Counted from the first letter of the whole stretch, positions 33,910 to 48,900 are shown. The stretch: DNA of 63,945 bases, filler included, from Parasitella parasitica NRRL 2501 (GCA_025201805.1; 8 parts of 7 records of this genome joined end to end with filler, not necessarily neighbours in it), one strand, 5' to 3'. The notes: generated by a model not told the origin, from the letters alone. A program made the numbers and translations.

Positions 33910-34134
33910 TGCCTGTTATATCTCGATACGGGTCTTTTGAGTTCGAATGCAAAGGTTGCTGCTCTATGTGCGTAACTGGTGAAAAAAAAAAAAACAGAAA
34001 CAGAGAAAAAACGCAAAAAAAAAAGATCAAAAGGGAGAGAAAGGCGAAAGAGAAGACAACCTAGCAGAGACCAACTTTTGAATTTTGAATTTTGAATTTT
34101 GGGTTCTGGTTGTATGTAATTGATTAATGTTTCA

Positions 34135-35053
34135 CTAAACAGATTTATTTTCGATATTCCAAACTAAATGAGCGATCGCCACAGTGTCTAGCGTTCGATC
34201 TTTTACCACAACATTGACTTTAACTTGCTTTGTGTCCTCGCCAGGGATGGCAAAATCGGTCGAAGCAGTTAGCAATCCTCTGGCCTTCTTGATAAACTTC
34301 ATTTGCACATGGAGAAAGGTGATTTAATTTGTTAAAAATAGATTCTCTCTCTGTCCAACCCCACCCCCAAAGTGTCTTGCTTACCTCCAACTCCAGGGAT
34401 ACCAACGTGATTTCGTCTTTATCGTCCTTCAAACTGCTCAATAGACCCAACTCTCCAACTGATTCTGCAAATGTGGCAAGTGCCGTAGCGTGAATGCTGT
34501 GCAAATCACTCAGTATCATTATTAGCGCACCGAATTTTCATGCCCAAACCTTTTAAATGGATTGCGATTGCTGTGTCTATCCTATTTTTTATTTCGTTAG
34601 GCGTGCAATGTCCCATTTTTTACAGCTACTGTCAATCCTACTCGCATAAATCCTGTGCAAAACCCGCGAGAAAACGTCGAGATCCTCATATCTACACCGC
34701 CTATTAATGCCAAAAACGCTTTTATATACTTGACTTTCTATACCTATGGACCCTGAATAAGGATTGTTATTTCCCAACAGAAAAGCAAATATCTTGGGCC
34801 GAAATATTTTGATAAGCGGTTTGTTTAATTTTTCCCAAACTACCAAAGGGCGGCGAGAATGGCGAAGAGTCCACACCAGATAGATGACGGACAAGATGGT
34901 TGCCGCAATCACGCCAACTGTGAAGCGTGTAAACACTGTCCATTCAAGCTCTAGCGCGACTCTTGTTAGCCGAATGGTTGCCTGGACATGCTGGGAAAAC
35001 GCATCTGCTAATAGAGAAGGCGTTGCTGACTCGGTATATTCACTTTGGCTCAT
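34135..35053 (-). CDS. Hotdog-fold thioesterase (DUF4442/PaaI-like) with N-terminal TM helix, multi-exon
   Basis: NPYSGSI, NRNPF..IHATALATFAES, LELEYIKKARG. Confidence 0.75.
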
Positions 35054-36764
35054 CTTTTTTTTTATCCCTATAAAAAACTTGATAAACAAAAAGGCGTTGC
35101 GAGAAATAAGCAGGGTCTTTTTCTGAAAATAAGTTGACCTGAACATACAAAGTATACATGGTGGCTTTTTTGAGCAACCTTCGTATTTGTTGATACATCT
35201 TGAACTACAGTGAATTGTTGTCTGAAGCAGGCCATCACACACCGGCAAAAGTCCTGACAGCCTTTCTTGAAATGTAGGCCCACCAGGGCGTATTCAGCTG
35301 CATGTACAAATTAGATCGATATATTATAGCCGTATGTGTGGCCTCAGTGATCGTGTTCATTTCTGCCAAGCCTCTACTTCTAAGCTATATGGTAGGGTAA
35401 TGGGACCCTCTCGGAAAGAGACAATACATTTTCTATACGCGTCCCCCCCCATGGTGTAGACATGCTTTATGGCTACTGGATTGTGCGCAATAACCGTGAA
35501 TCATACAATATGTATACTTCTAATGGCATAGAAAGATTACCCGTACTGTTCCTGATATCCATTTGGGTTTACAACAGATCATCTTTAAAGATTAACCTTG
35601 ATATTGGAAACAAATACAATTATATTTCAAAGCAACATAAATTAGAAATATGAACAAATGATGTATTGTACTATTGGAAAGTAATGGTATGCTTAGAAAA
35701 TATTGTAGATATATCCTTGCCACAATTAATAGGTATTCCACAAGACTTTTTTAATGCAATAATGTAGTGATAACATCAGGGTCAGATATTTCGCACCAAA
35801 TAATTAAACTAGACACGAGGGAGGGCGAGGGAGGGTAGCGACTCTATTACAGGAAAGAAAAAGGATACAGACGACGGAATTCTTAAAATAATGAAATCTC
35901 TATCTATGCGTTTGAGGAGGATGTATAGCTACTTGATATGGTATTTTATTCATTATGTGTACGTCGACAATTGTTCTGATCTGGAAAACAAACTATCATG
36001 GGATTCATGCAATTAATCTAGAGTTGAAGAAGGTGAGTCAAGAAAGCTGAATGCTTTAGGGCTATATAACCAACAATTTGATGCAGAAATGTGCTTCATT
36101 CGATAAACACTTACTTGTGTAACAAGACCACAATAATTAGCATAAAGTTAATACAGGGCGATATTGTAAAATGGTAGAATAGGAATTTTGAATGTTGCAA
36201 ACGTACATTTTATAATGAAAATTAATACCACAACAAATGTTGGCACAATCAATTTTATAATACAAATATACACGTTTTGAAGGTGTGCCATGAAAGGTGT
36301 TGAGGTAACACCAAATGATAAACTATGCAAATCTGTCAGTTCTTTAAAATAATCGTAGAAATCCTGCTGTTACGCTGTAGTTTTTGAGGAAACAGTATTT
36401 TATAAGTATTGGTTCAACATAAGCAATAGCATCAAATGCCTGTTACCATGGTCATATGAACCAATGCAATGCATTGCTCAATCCTTAAAGTGTTATATCA
36501 AAGCAAAAACTGATGATACAGCACAAAAACGATTGTTTGTGTAAACTCTTAGCTGTACATTTTCATATATCTTTGCTTCTTAAGGGTGTGGATACATGGT
36601 ATCAAATTGCAGATTCTTTGAAAGTTAGCTGAATACGTCAACTAAAATCAGAAATTAGAATAGATTGTATTATATTAAAATAAGGATGTATAATAGTGTA
36701 AAGGGGGTAATGGCTTCATCTTATAGAGAGAAGGGGTATGATATATTAATAAAGCAGTGAAACC

Positions 36765-38295
36765 TTATTTGTTCAATGGTGGAGGTGATGGTAAGAGCAG
36801 TATATCTGACATACTAGTAATTTGTTCACTCTGCTTATACATATAATTATCTTGGTCTGGAGGTGACTGACTGTAGAGATTGGCGTTACTTGTTTGCACC
36901 TTGCTATGGGCCATTACCAGCGTAGCTTCTTCTGTGTGGAGTGCAAAATCGTTAGGTTTAGTGGCATTAGCACTATCATAGGATTCAAGTGATTCGTCTG
37001 AGACTGGAGCTGAAGCGCTTATAGGGTTTAATGCTCTTGGGCTACAACCAAACGATTAGTAAATATGATTCGAGCAACGGACAGAACTTACTTGAGCAAC
37101 ATGGTCACAATAATCAAAGTCGACGCTAAAGTGCTATGATATATTATGACAATAGAAAATCCCAAGGTTAGATTATAATCTTCATGGGATCGTTCTCCCA
37201 AAAACGAATATAGATATCTAAGCAGCATGAAAATCAGCATGGAGCTGATACCAATCGCCATAGTCATGCGAACCTGTGCAGTGGTTAGTATTTGTATTAG
37301 TCTCAGGCATAATGTAATGTACATGTAGTTATCATACTTTGAATAGACCAGTTTTGCTCTTCTGGATGGTAGCAGCATTGCCCTGTTTGCTTTGGATATG
37401 CATATGCTTTTTCAAAATCTGGATTAGCCGTAATCCAGCTAACAAAATCCAAGCAGCCAATATCGACCAATACACCAACCATTGAAAGTACTGTATTTTG
37501 AAAAATATATCACTTGTTGCAACATCAGATTCTTCAATATGAGGTTTTCCTAGTATAGCAGCTATTACAATAGCACAGATGTTGCTAGTGACGAATGGTA
37601 GGATGATGAATATGGTACACATAATGTCGATTCTCTTTGACATTTCGTAACGTTGATTTCCAAATTTGCGGCTCTGTTTTTTTTTTTCTATCAGTTATAT
37701 TCATCAAGCTAAAAGTGATCAAAACCTACACTACAGATTGTATGAGCAATCCCAAATAAATAACATGAAAACGCACAGGTAGCGAATTCTCGCGGTAAGC
37801 TGCCTAAAACTACATAATGTGGTTAGAATATATTTGTGTGTGATTTGGGCTTCATTTACTTGTGCCAAGGTACTGACTAATTGATACATTAAGGACAAGT
37901 AATAACGTTTTCACGAATTCGACTAGATAGAAATACATGAATCCAAATGTTGCTTAATAAGTACACATCAATTGTAAGCATACTTATACTGGAGACAGAC
38001 AGAAACAGCAACATGGATTCAATCGGCTTGGGTCTGATGAAAAATCCTGACCCTCGATAAAATATGGGGAATTTCTTGTTCACAACTCGATGCCACAACA
38101 GTGCAAAACCTGTTGTTTTGGTTATTGCAGAATTTAGTTTATTGATTTCAATGTAAAACGTCAAAAATACAAACCTACTACTGCTACGATAAGTGTCCAA
38201 GCTGCACTCACACTATAAACATATAATAAAGGCGGCTCATTGACACAACCTAAAACACCCAGCGCCAAATTGCACTCATGAAAGGAATAGGGCAT
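36765..38295 (-). CDS. Multi-exon polytopic (7TM-like) membrane protein
   Basis: Several hydrophobic exons (ORFs 37889-38200, 37332-37643, 37088-37378) separated by GT-AG introns; ATG MPYSFHEC at 38295. Confidence 0.65.
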
Positions 38296-38344
38296 ATTTT
38301 TTAACAGAAATGAAGAAGAAGAAAAAGAAAAAAANNNNNNNNNN

Positions 38345-38390
<46 letters not shown>

Positions 38391-39049
38391 AAAAAAAAAG
38401 TATAATGAAAGAAGAAAAGGGGTTGAGGATAAATAGGGAAAACTGTGGTCGTGGAAGATGTTGATCCTTGAAACTCGTACAACCGTATGTGCATAAATGT
38501 TCTTTTTTAATAAGTCTTGCTCCATTAACAATAGTTGTAATATATCAACATATTCGAGCCTCTGCTACAACAAACTCTACATCGTCATCATCATCATCAT
38601 TCTACGGCGTTTCGTAAAACTGCGAATGCAAAGCCAATCGCCTATTTGGCTTTCTAATGTAGTTATCGTAGATTAAAGGGCAATCATGACTTTGCAGCAA
38701 TTACGTTGCATGATATTACTATTTTGATAAAACTGATCGGAAGAATCGACTTACTGATAGTATGCCGTTAGAAAGAGTGTATTCGTTATAAGAGCGGTCT
38801 AGTCATGTCACTTACACTAGGCCTCTTTGAATATAGCATCTTTCTCACAGTTGAGATTTTGATGGATATTGGTAGAATACTTTCAGCTTGCATTTATCAT
38901 TATCGATATCTGCTAGTAGTTAAGCTTGTACATCTTGCTACTGCGGACCACCAAAGGTTTGCTCTACATCGAGGGTGATATGCACAAGCAAAATGATTCA
39001 CTGAGTCTAAACATGGTTTTCTTTTCTTTTCATCTCGTTTTTCCTTATT

Positions 39050-40471
39050 ATGAACAATTTAAATGTCGAACAAGAGCAAGCACTGGAAGAATTTAGAAAT
39101 ACCTGGCGCCAAGAATTCAGAAAAAAGCAGAGCCTTGACGAACAACCAACGGACTCCTCTACTAAGGAGCAAGATTTTTTGCGGCGTAGCAAAAGAGAAG
39201 AAAACTCTACTGCTGATATAATTGAACGGACAGAGTCTCTAAAAACCACAGAGGAAGAAAAAGCGCCTGTAACTGCAATGGATCATTATGTGATTGCTGT
39301 AGATAATGAAAGACAAGGAAAATTAGGCGAAGGCAAGTGTAACAGGATAAACCAAAGTGTTTGGTAGCTAATATAATTGGATATTCACTATAGCCTTAAA
39401 TAGCTATAGCTGTGCTTATAGACTAGATCCTCATATTGATCATGTATATAAAAAAAGCCATCGAAATGAAACTTTACCAGAAATTCAACACAACGGTAAA
39501 CCTAACAAGCATAAAGAGGGCTTTAAGCACTATATACCCTTTGGAGGTGAATACATAGCTCCTTCTGCCTCAAGAACGGATCCCTTGATAGCCTTAATCG
39601 AACAATTTTCTGATGAAGAGAATTTGTCGTATATACCGCAGCTGGACTATAAACCAGTGGCGGTTGCCAAGTTACCAAGTAAGTGGCATGTGCAGGCCGA
39701 AATTGAGAATGAACTAATCCTGAATTAGGTGAAATTATGGTGGATATTCTACGGTTCTTGGTATTGGACTCTGTTTCCACAATGCCCTCCGTCGCGCTTA
39801 CATGCAAAAGATTCTTCTTGCTAAGCAGAGATCCCTCTATCTGGCAATACGCTTGTATTCGAGTTTTTAGAGAGCCTTCCATGACCTTGGAGCAATCAAG
39901 AAGATTCCAATTGGATCATGTGCAAAAATACAATGGACATTGGTTGCAAATGTTTATCGACAGACCACGTATTCGTTATGACGGCATTTACATCTCCACA
40001 TGTAATTATATGAGGTCTGGCACTTTAGAAATTGGATCGAATCAGCCTTTCCATTTTGTTACATATTATCGATATATTCGCTTCTTTCCTAATGGCACGA
40101 TTTTAAAGCACGTTTCAACAAATGAGCCGCAACACGTAGTCAAATTAATGCAACCTGGGTTTGGTAAGAAACAGTGCTTTCATGGCAGGTTTACTCTTGA
40201 CGGAGAAGACCGCATCAATATTGTCATGAAAGATAAAACGATGCCTAATTTAATCTTCGACCTGAAATTAAATATCAAAACAACGAATCGAGGTAGACAT
40301 AACAAGCTGAACTGGGATGAATACTCAAGCATGTCTGAAACCCTGAATCGGGATAGGGATCATTACAATTTAAAATTGCTGAAGGCATTCTTTTTCAGCC
40401 CTGTAAGAAGTTACAAGGTTGACTATCTCGATAAACTTGATGATATAGATGATTCTATGATGCTTACGTAG
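39050..40471 (+). CDS. HRT3: F-box protein, FBXO9/Hrt3/Pof7 family
   Basis: LEEFRNTW, F-box LP/EIMVDIL, RPRIRYDGIYIS..NY.R.G, VTYYRYIRFFPNG. Confidence 0.88.
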
Positions 40472-40855
40472 TATTTGGTTCTGAAATCAAAATAAAACAT
40501 CTAATTTAAACAGTACAAAATAAAAAAAGAATTATATGGGAAGTTGCGTTGCTAAAAGTCAAATACATCCCAGCTTGCCTTACAGGTTTATGCATCGAAT
40601 AATGTATTGGTTTGCAAGAGTAAACACTTGAAGTCCATGACGCGCAAGGGCATGTAACATGATTTAACGCAGAATTCAAACACCATAATACAATAATTCC
40701 ATTTATCGTGATCTGTTGTTAGGTAACAGTCTTTCAAATTTGTCTGAATCGTGATTTAAAGCTTGAACTCCACAGTCATGAAAAAAAAAACTCCCTCTAC
40801 TTTTCTTTTCATTAAACCACCCAACTCATAGCCAGGGATAACAAGAATTTTACGC

Positions 40856-42281
40856 ATGTCGCTTATACAAGAGAGAGAGAGGCGATCAAACGCTGGTAGC
40901 AGGTAATATTTGACTCAATTCAGAAATAGACGTTGATAAATTGAACATGCTTGAGTCTAGAATGCGCGCCTTGTTGGACCAAGAAGTTGATATGGAAGAA
41001 CTTTTTGAATATAGAGATAGTGATGAAGAAGACGAAGAGTTTTCTGCCCAAAGTATGCAATTTATCTGAACGCTAACATCCTGATTTTACTGATATACTG
41101 TTTCTTGGCTGTAGATGAAGAGGAAGATAAAGTCGATTCTGATTTTGATTCGAATTCTTCAGAGGGTGAACAAGAACACATGGAGGAAGGACAGGCATTA
41201 GATGAAGAGCTTCAGAGAGCCGAAAAGAGGGTAATGTGTTTTATGTATAAAGCGGCAAGTTGTAAGAAATGCTTATCGCGCCAATCAAACTGACCAGGCA
41301 CGCAGAGCTGCAACATTTAATCCTCCATCGGCGACCACCAAGAAATTAGCATCGTCTAACATCAAAAAAAAATCGACAGAAAACAAACAACGAGCTAGAA
41401 CTGCCATTCTGAATCGTGTTGAAAAGGGAGAACGTAGTACGCGATTCTCATCGAGAAAGAACACAGTGCTCAACAGACTACAGGTTGAAGATCAACTTCG
41501 GGAAGATGAGAAAAGACGGGTTTGGGACCAACGAGCATTTGGTTTTTTCTTGGTTCTAACAGCTTCTTTGTAGGCATTACTACCTAAAAGAGATCGACCG
41601 GTTGTCAATAAAATGACGCAGGAGGAATTACTTGCGGAAGCCGCCATTACAGAGGAAATAAACAGGAATTCTTTACTTGAATGGCAACAAATGGAGGCTG
41701 AGCGAAAAGCAAATGCGAAAAAGAAGGATAAACGAGGCATTTTTGGACACTTTGTGAGGTACCACTCGTTTCCTGAGGACGATGGGCCGATCATGTCCTG
41801 CAGGAAGGACAGTAACAACAAAGCAACCGAAGTCTGTACTAGTGAAGAACAGGGTAACAAGGATACTGATACCATGAATGATGCGAACACACTTGATTGG
41901 CAAACAAGTGCGAAGACGAATCTGATGGGAAGAAACCTTGTTTCGTTTATGGATAATACAATACCGGCGGACAGGCAGCAGCAGCAGCAAGCATACTTGG
42001 ATGCAGATAAAGACCTGGAAAATGTCGACTTGATATACCAGTTAAACGATTGGCTTAAACGGCCATCTAAACCAAATAGACCTGTGGTTTGTCCTGTAAC
42101 AGGGGAAGTAGCAAAATACAAAGATCCATCCACTGGTATCCCCTATGCGAATATTACTGCGTATCAAGTTATCAAGGCGTGTCTATATCATGAAATGAGA
42201 TGGGCTCCTACCTCTGGAATTTATCTAGGGTATATACCAAGTGCTAAAGGCGTTCCTGAGGGATGGGATACTGCTATTTGA
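40856..42281 (+). CDS. VPS72: Vps72/YL1 (Swc2), SWR1 complex H2A.Z chaperone, multi-exon
   Basis: RERRSNAGSRM, DSDFD, MTQEELLAEAAITEEIN, YL1_C CPVTGEVAKYKDP.TGIPYAN. Confidence 0.92.
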
Positions 42282-42750
42282 TTCGGCTTAATAAAAAAAT
42301 ATACCCTATTTTACTGCTTAATACACTATTTTCAGAAATTATTCGCACAAGCTGAGGAAAAAATTGCTCATATTTTATTTTACTTTCTGCACGCTTTTTA
42401 TTTTATTTTTTGCACACTTTTAAAAATAATATTTGCACACTTGTAAGAGTAGTTTTTGCACACTCACGAATTTGGCTTTTTGCACACTGTGTGCAAATTA
42501 AATTATAGAGGTTCTTTATTGAAGCAGGTCTCAAATTTTGAAGCAGAATAGCGACAGAATCCTTCCAAGTCGCTAAAGAGAACATTATGACAAGCTTCAG
42601 CGATTCTCATATTAAGAGTTTCGCTCTGCAAGAGCNNNNNNNNNNNNNNNNNNNNNNNNNNNNNNNNNNNNNNNNNNNNTTAATTAATTAANNNNNNNNN
42701 NNNNNNNNNNNNNNNNNNNNNNNNNNNNNNNNNNNAAAAAAAAAAAAAAA

Positions 42751-42834
<84 letters not shown>

Positions 42835-42882
42835 GAAAATTTCTTTGCCACTAGTTCTTTCCCCTTTCAATTACTTTCTAGC

Positions 42883-43715
42883 ATGCTAAATAAACGTGGT
42901 TTCAGTGACGACTTTGCATTTGAAGTGAACGAAAAGGTTGTATCCATCGTAGCCAAAGAGATTGGCTTCCAAGGAGTCCAAGCACAAGCTCTAGAAGCAT
43001 TCTCAAGCCTGCTGGATTCTTGTAAGCTTGTTATAATTGACTGATTGCATCCTTGTATTTTAAACAGCTTATTAGACCTAGATAAAATGCTTTCGTCTGC
43101 ACACCTATTCGCAGAGCTGGGCAACAGAGCAAAGCCAAATATACATGATATCACTCGATCCTTGGAAAACGCTGGAGTCGAGATATCGAATTTCAAAGAC
43201 TATTTGCACACCAAAGTAAACGACACAAATACAGGTGAGAGTTGCTTTCAACAGTTTTTTTTTTTTTTTTGCTCGCCACAACTAACACCTCTTTCCTCGA
43301 AAGCTAAATTCACAAGAAAATACTTCAAAACTCAATCGACGACATCGACACTACAAAGTATACCAGATTTTCTCCCATCCGATAACGAAGACTCTGAGGA
43401 TGAAGCAGAAGACCACACAATAGAGGGGGGCATGCCGACGTATGTTCCTCGACATTTACCCTCGTTTCCCAGCAAGCATTCCTTCAGACAAACACCAGTA
43501 AGTTGTGCTGTCTGTGCTGACCAATGGTTGACTGATGAACCGGATAGATCTACATCAATCGGCCTGACGATCCCCAGAAAGTGCGTGAATTAACGTCAGA
43601 GCAATCACGAACCGTAGAAGAAAACCTCAAGAAACTCATGTCAGCCGAAAACCAATTACTGCGACAGGGCAATTTGGACTCTCCCAATACACTGCTAGAA
43701 TCAGCCACCATCACT

Positions 43716-43746
<31 letters not shown>

Positions 43747-43961
43747 TCATGATGCCGATTGTAAATTATGAAGGCTTTATACAGAGACGGAAAAGACAAA
43801 AGCAATCTGGGACTACACTCAATGTTGAGGGGTCTGATGAGCCCAAACCAAACACCAGCAGCACAACCAACAATGCCAGCGATATGGGCGGCATGGATCT
43901 GGATACAGCACAGGTCGGCGACGAGGAGGAGGAGGAAGAGGAAGATACGCAAGCAGCATAA
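42883..43961 (+). CDS. TAF8: TFIID subunit 8 (histone fold plus TAF8_C), multi-exon
   Basis: IGF...ALE, AELGNRAKPNIHD, PTYVPRHLPSFPSKHSFRQTP, EQSRTVEENLKKL. Confidence 0.88.
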
Positions 43962-44126
43962 AGTACTGCAGGTAGCAGCGATGGGATACGTTTCACTGTG
44001 CAAGTGACTTGAAAAAAAATGTTGATTTGTAATAAAGGAATGTTGTACGGTATACAATCTTTTTGTTTTCTTTTTCTTTCTTTCTTTCTTTCTTCTTCTT
44101 CCTCCACCCCCAAACCTTTCTGAAAT

Positions 44127-44385
44127 ATGAATACTACTTTGGCTGAAATCGTACAAAAAATCGCCAGCCAAGGAAAGAATCCGGATGTGTCTTTTCTGAA
44201 GAATAACCCCGAAGCACAAACAATGCTTTTGCTGGCTTTATTATCCAGCGCTAGCAATGTAAATGCAGAAGCATCCGGCCAAAGCAACGCTACGTCTGCC
44301 GACTTGAACAACACTGAAAAGCGAAAATATGAGTCTTACGCTGATGGTAAACCGCCCAGCCCTCCAGCGTCGGGTAAAAGTAAGG
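44127..44385 (+). CDS. First exon of a gene truncated by an assembly gap
   Basis: ATG ORF MNTTLAEIVQ...KRKYE followed by intron-like sequence and a gap. Confidence 0.45.
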
Positions 44386-44558
44386 TTGCTAGATCACTGT
44401 TTCTCGCTTACATACTAAAGATGCTGCTGCTGCTGGTTTTTTTTTTTTTTTTTTTTTTNNNNNNNNNNNNNNNNNNNNNNNNNNNNNNNNNNNNNNNNNN
44501 NNTTAATTAATTAANNNNNNNNNNNNNNNNNNNNNNNNNNNNNNNNNNNNNNNNNNNN

Positions 44559-44653
44559 GGTTTATCACCAGTCATCCAGTAATACACCTAATCACTAGTC
44601 ATTAGAACTGATGATAAATGTGAAAAAAAATAGCACTGAAGTTAGCCATGGTG
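44559..44653 (-). mobile_element. CACCATGGC-type transposon terminus (inverted copy of 8641-8735)
   Basis: 95/95 reverse-complement match to 8641-8735; emerges from a gap. Confidence 0.75.
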
Positions 44654-45934
44654 ATTTAGGGTCATGGGAGCATTAATGTGCTTGTGAGACCATAAATGAT
44701 TTTGGCCCAAATGTATATTTATAAAAAAAGTCAAGATAACTCATTTTTAATTAAACGATATATTTTGTGAGATAGTTTATAGGTTATTTTTTGTGTTTGT
44801 AGTAACATTCAATACCAAGTATTCGTTGAGATATCGCAATCCAAAGATTGCATCTGTTTTGAGTAAGAGTAATTTTTGTTCGCACGATCATGCAAATGTT
44901 CATGCGAGAGCAAAAATTTGTTCTTTGTATTTTGTAATTCAATCTACTGGCAGTAATGGCAAAGAAAAATGTGTTTAAACAGCTGATCAAAACAACAAGA
45001 TTGGCTTGATTGCTTAAATTAATTAGAGGAGACTTTATAAATGTGTATTTACTGAGATAGTGGCGTCAACTTACGCTGCAGTCTTCTAAAAGCAATCATT
45101 ACACAAGAGGCACTCTTCTGAAATTTTATTGTCATGTTTTCGAGAAGTTGCTTTTATATATCATTACTGTAGATTTTTTGTTATTATTGGATGGAAATTA
45201 TAATGTAATGTGCATAGCCTAAAAACAATTAAATGGCTTTTGAATGAATGGCATCGATCGAGCATACTGTAAAAGCTAAAAAAATTCATCTGCTTTCTTT
45301 GTTTTTCTTTTACCTTTTTTTGTTGGGTTAAAAAAGATAATAAAAAACCAAATGTTTACGAGATACGAAAATATATGATACTTTATTTAAGATCGAAATT
45401 GCATCTGCTATTTATACTTTTTACAGCGACATAAATTTATGGTAACTTATTTAGATTACTTATTGACAATCTACTTGACAGGGTACGATATGAGATTATA
45501 CAGCAAGGGCTACACGTCTTTGATCTGCCAGTGTTTTGACCTTTATCCTGGTGCTCAGATCTGTGTTACTTACAGGAATAACCTTCTTGATTTAAAACAG
45601 AGACTTTATTCTCTAATTTACACAAGCGTATCACATCACATCATTGGACAATCTTCAATCTTCAATTGAAGTACATTGCCATGATCTCCTGTCTATAATT
45701 ATGGCAGATCATTTTTCATTTTTGATTACACATATTTATCTGCAAAAAACCCTTGGTATACGAGAACAACAAAGCGTATTTAGTATGAATTAAGTGTATA
45801 CGAGCAAGGTTATCAATAATAAACGCGAGAAAAAGAAGACATCAAAAGGGGACACAACACGATATAGCAGACGAAAGGCATACAAGAAAATGGCAACACA
45901 GAAATAAAGGTACATCATAAAGGAAGTGCATATT

Positions 45935-48900
45935 TTACAAGTGGAAAATACTACCGGCATTTCTGGACATGTCCTGATCAAAAGCATGGTATTTACCAAT
46001 TACACTAAAGTCGAGCTCATTTGACAATGATTGCACCAGACCAACTTGCAAAGTAATATCATCAACCGCAATGACAGCTTATTTGGGATGGATAATTGGA
46101 TTTGCTCCAGCTGCGAGTTGTTGACTGATTGGTTTGTTCATGCGAACGAAAGAAATAGATGAATCATGCGCTGCTTCATCAATTTAACAAATGCCAAAAA
46201 GTACGTGTTGTTATTGTACTCGTGTTCAAAAAAGAAAAGAACGCTTCCAACAAACCAACATGAAACTATCTGATTGACGAAATCTATGTGATTGCTGTTG
46301 AACATCACATGGTGGTTGCCTCGACGATATTCATGGATTTTATCTCCTTATCTTTCTGATACAAGAAGAGACGATCTCAGCAAAACGCGATGAGCAATGG
46401 TGAAATTCAGGCTGATTGGTGGATAGGCAGGCTCTAATCGATTCACAGAATAAATTCGATAGTAGAATTTGGTGATTGCTCTTTTGATTTTTGGTAATGG
46501 CACATTTTGCAGGTTATCTCCAAGACTTCTTCCATCAGCGACGCCAAACGGCTCATATGATTCTCACAACTGAGTACTAGTTAGAGATTGCGGGTGATCT
46601 CTATACGAATTATCCGAATAAGGTCTTGGTCTTACCCCTTGCAAGAATTCATTTGCATCAAAAGTTCTTTTCAGATGGTTTCGAATAGCCACGACTTCGA
46701 TCAAATTGGACGCTTGCGCATTGGTACGTACTTTGGCAGTTATGAGATCTCCAAACTTGCCAATACATCTGAATTAATTGTGTTTTAGTAGAGTCAACTA
46801 ATGCATGCTCCAGTATGTTTTGTGGCTCACCTCTCCAAGCTTCTTGATAAATACGCTGTGATAGGACCAATTTTACGAATCATCCAGGTTACATGAACAA
46901 GATAATGCTGGACTGGTCGGAAAACAGAAACAGATAGTTGCTTGGCAGCTATTTTTTTTTTGCAATAGTCGTGGAAGGATTGAAAACATTCATTAATTTC
47001 GTTCAGACTTTGCTCCGTAAACTCCCATTGCAACGAGAGGCAGATACCTCTGGTCAATTTCATGATGGCTTTTGCTGCTTGTGGATCACTTAATTCAAGG
47101 AGAAAGAGAGTAGAGATTATATACTGCAAACGATGTAAATGAGTTTCTAACTGGATTTTTTTTAAATATGAAAAACACACCAATGCAATGTCGAGGTAAT
47201 CAACTGCGCGTGTACCTCTCACTTTTTGTATGACATCTTGAAATGCTCCATCGAATGCCACAGGAATAAACTGCCTTGATTTTTCAATCGGTTGCCCAAT
47301 TTCTTTCAGCTTCAGCTTTGGAATGTAGAAATGATAGCTTTCAACTTCGAAATCACCACTTTCATATTTGTGAAAAAACTTTGTGTTGCTTGTTGAGAGG
47401 TCTACCGTCAGCATTTGCAGCAATTGAGAAGAGACACCTCTACAAAGTAAATGCGTCTCTTCAAGAGAGAACATCTGTGGTCCAGAGAAAGTTGAGAATT
47501 GAGTAAACAAGCTCACGCCGTTATATCCAAGGCTCGAGCTTGCTTCCCTATAATCTTCGAGGGTTCTCATTGATGCATTTGAGTCTGGAAATTAAAGGCC
47601 ATGGGGCCTGTTATCTGGGTGGACTCCTCGACTGTAACATATTCTACAGCCGTATTCTGAAGAATGGTATGCACAACGACTCCAATCGAAAACAGCTAAA
47701 GGTATCAAAAGTCAAGAAATTAAAAACCTGCAGATACAGTTGAGCGTTGGTTCTGACTAGTATTACCTGGAATATCCCCACCAGCAATTAGACAATGTGC
47801 GCGCAATCTAATCTCTATGTTATCCGGTGTTTTGACAACCATACCATGCATTGAAAGCCATTGGATTTCAGCCAAGATTACAGATAGGTAAGAGGAAAAA
47901 GAAGCAGGTTTCTTCTTGCCTGGAAGAATGCAGAGCTGAATAGAATATTCATTTTTAAAACGATTGTTGGTATTGTAATTCAAAATCAGAACATGAATCA
48001 TGCTGAAAAGTCTTGAGCCACGCTTATCAATAACAAGTCCATCCTTTTGAATACATAGGCCATTATCGTACTCGTCTGTGAAATGCGTAGCTCTAAGATT
48101 TTGATAATCTTGGCCATCAAACACATCTGGAATGATGACTCGATCTAATGGATCTTCCGGTTGCTCGTCTTCTTCATGTTGAGCACCAAAATTATGTCTA
48201 TATCTCAGTTCTTCTCTGGTCACAGGATTTGCTATCAAACCAGAAAGGACGTCGCCAATAGACATAATTTCCATCGTCGAGAATGGCTTGTTGAAATTTC
48301 TGCTGTCAAAGCGATCATGGGAGCAATGGCGGCATTCAATATTATCGTCCTCCAAATTGTAGAGTTTACAGCCACTTTCACATATATCGAATGAATGACC
48401 GCTCAAAGTGGACTGCTGCTGCATCATAATACGCTCAACCTGAAGACCATGAAGGAACTGAGGGTCGCTTTCTAATAAACGAAATTGCTGTAGGTAAGTA
48501 TACTGCATATATTTACATCCTCTGGTTTTTCTTAACCATACCTCTTGCTAATTTGTCATTGTCCCGGATTGTAGTATTCATCAGTCTTACTATTTTTCGG
48601 TAAGCATCTCTTGGAATACTGCATTCTTTGATCAAATCATACAGCTCAATGGAGATTGATTCTGGTGTGGAATAACTGTTTGGACCAATATTCTCAATTG
48701 ATCTGCAATCATACACACAAGCTACTGTAAATCATCAGAACCATCTTCAATGACACCACTTGTTTTGTATTTTGTATCAACTAAACGAACATGGTCTTGA
48801 TTATCTTCAATTCTATTATCGTCTTCACTAGTCTCATCATCACCAGCAACAGTGTTCACTGGGCCAGCTTTTATCGCATTATTAAAAAAAAATTTTTTGC

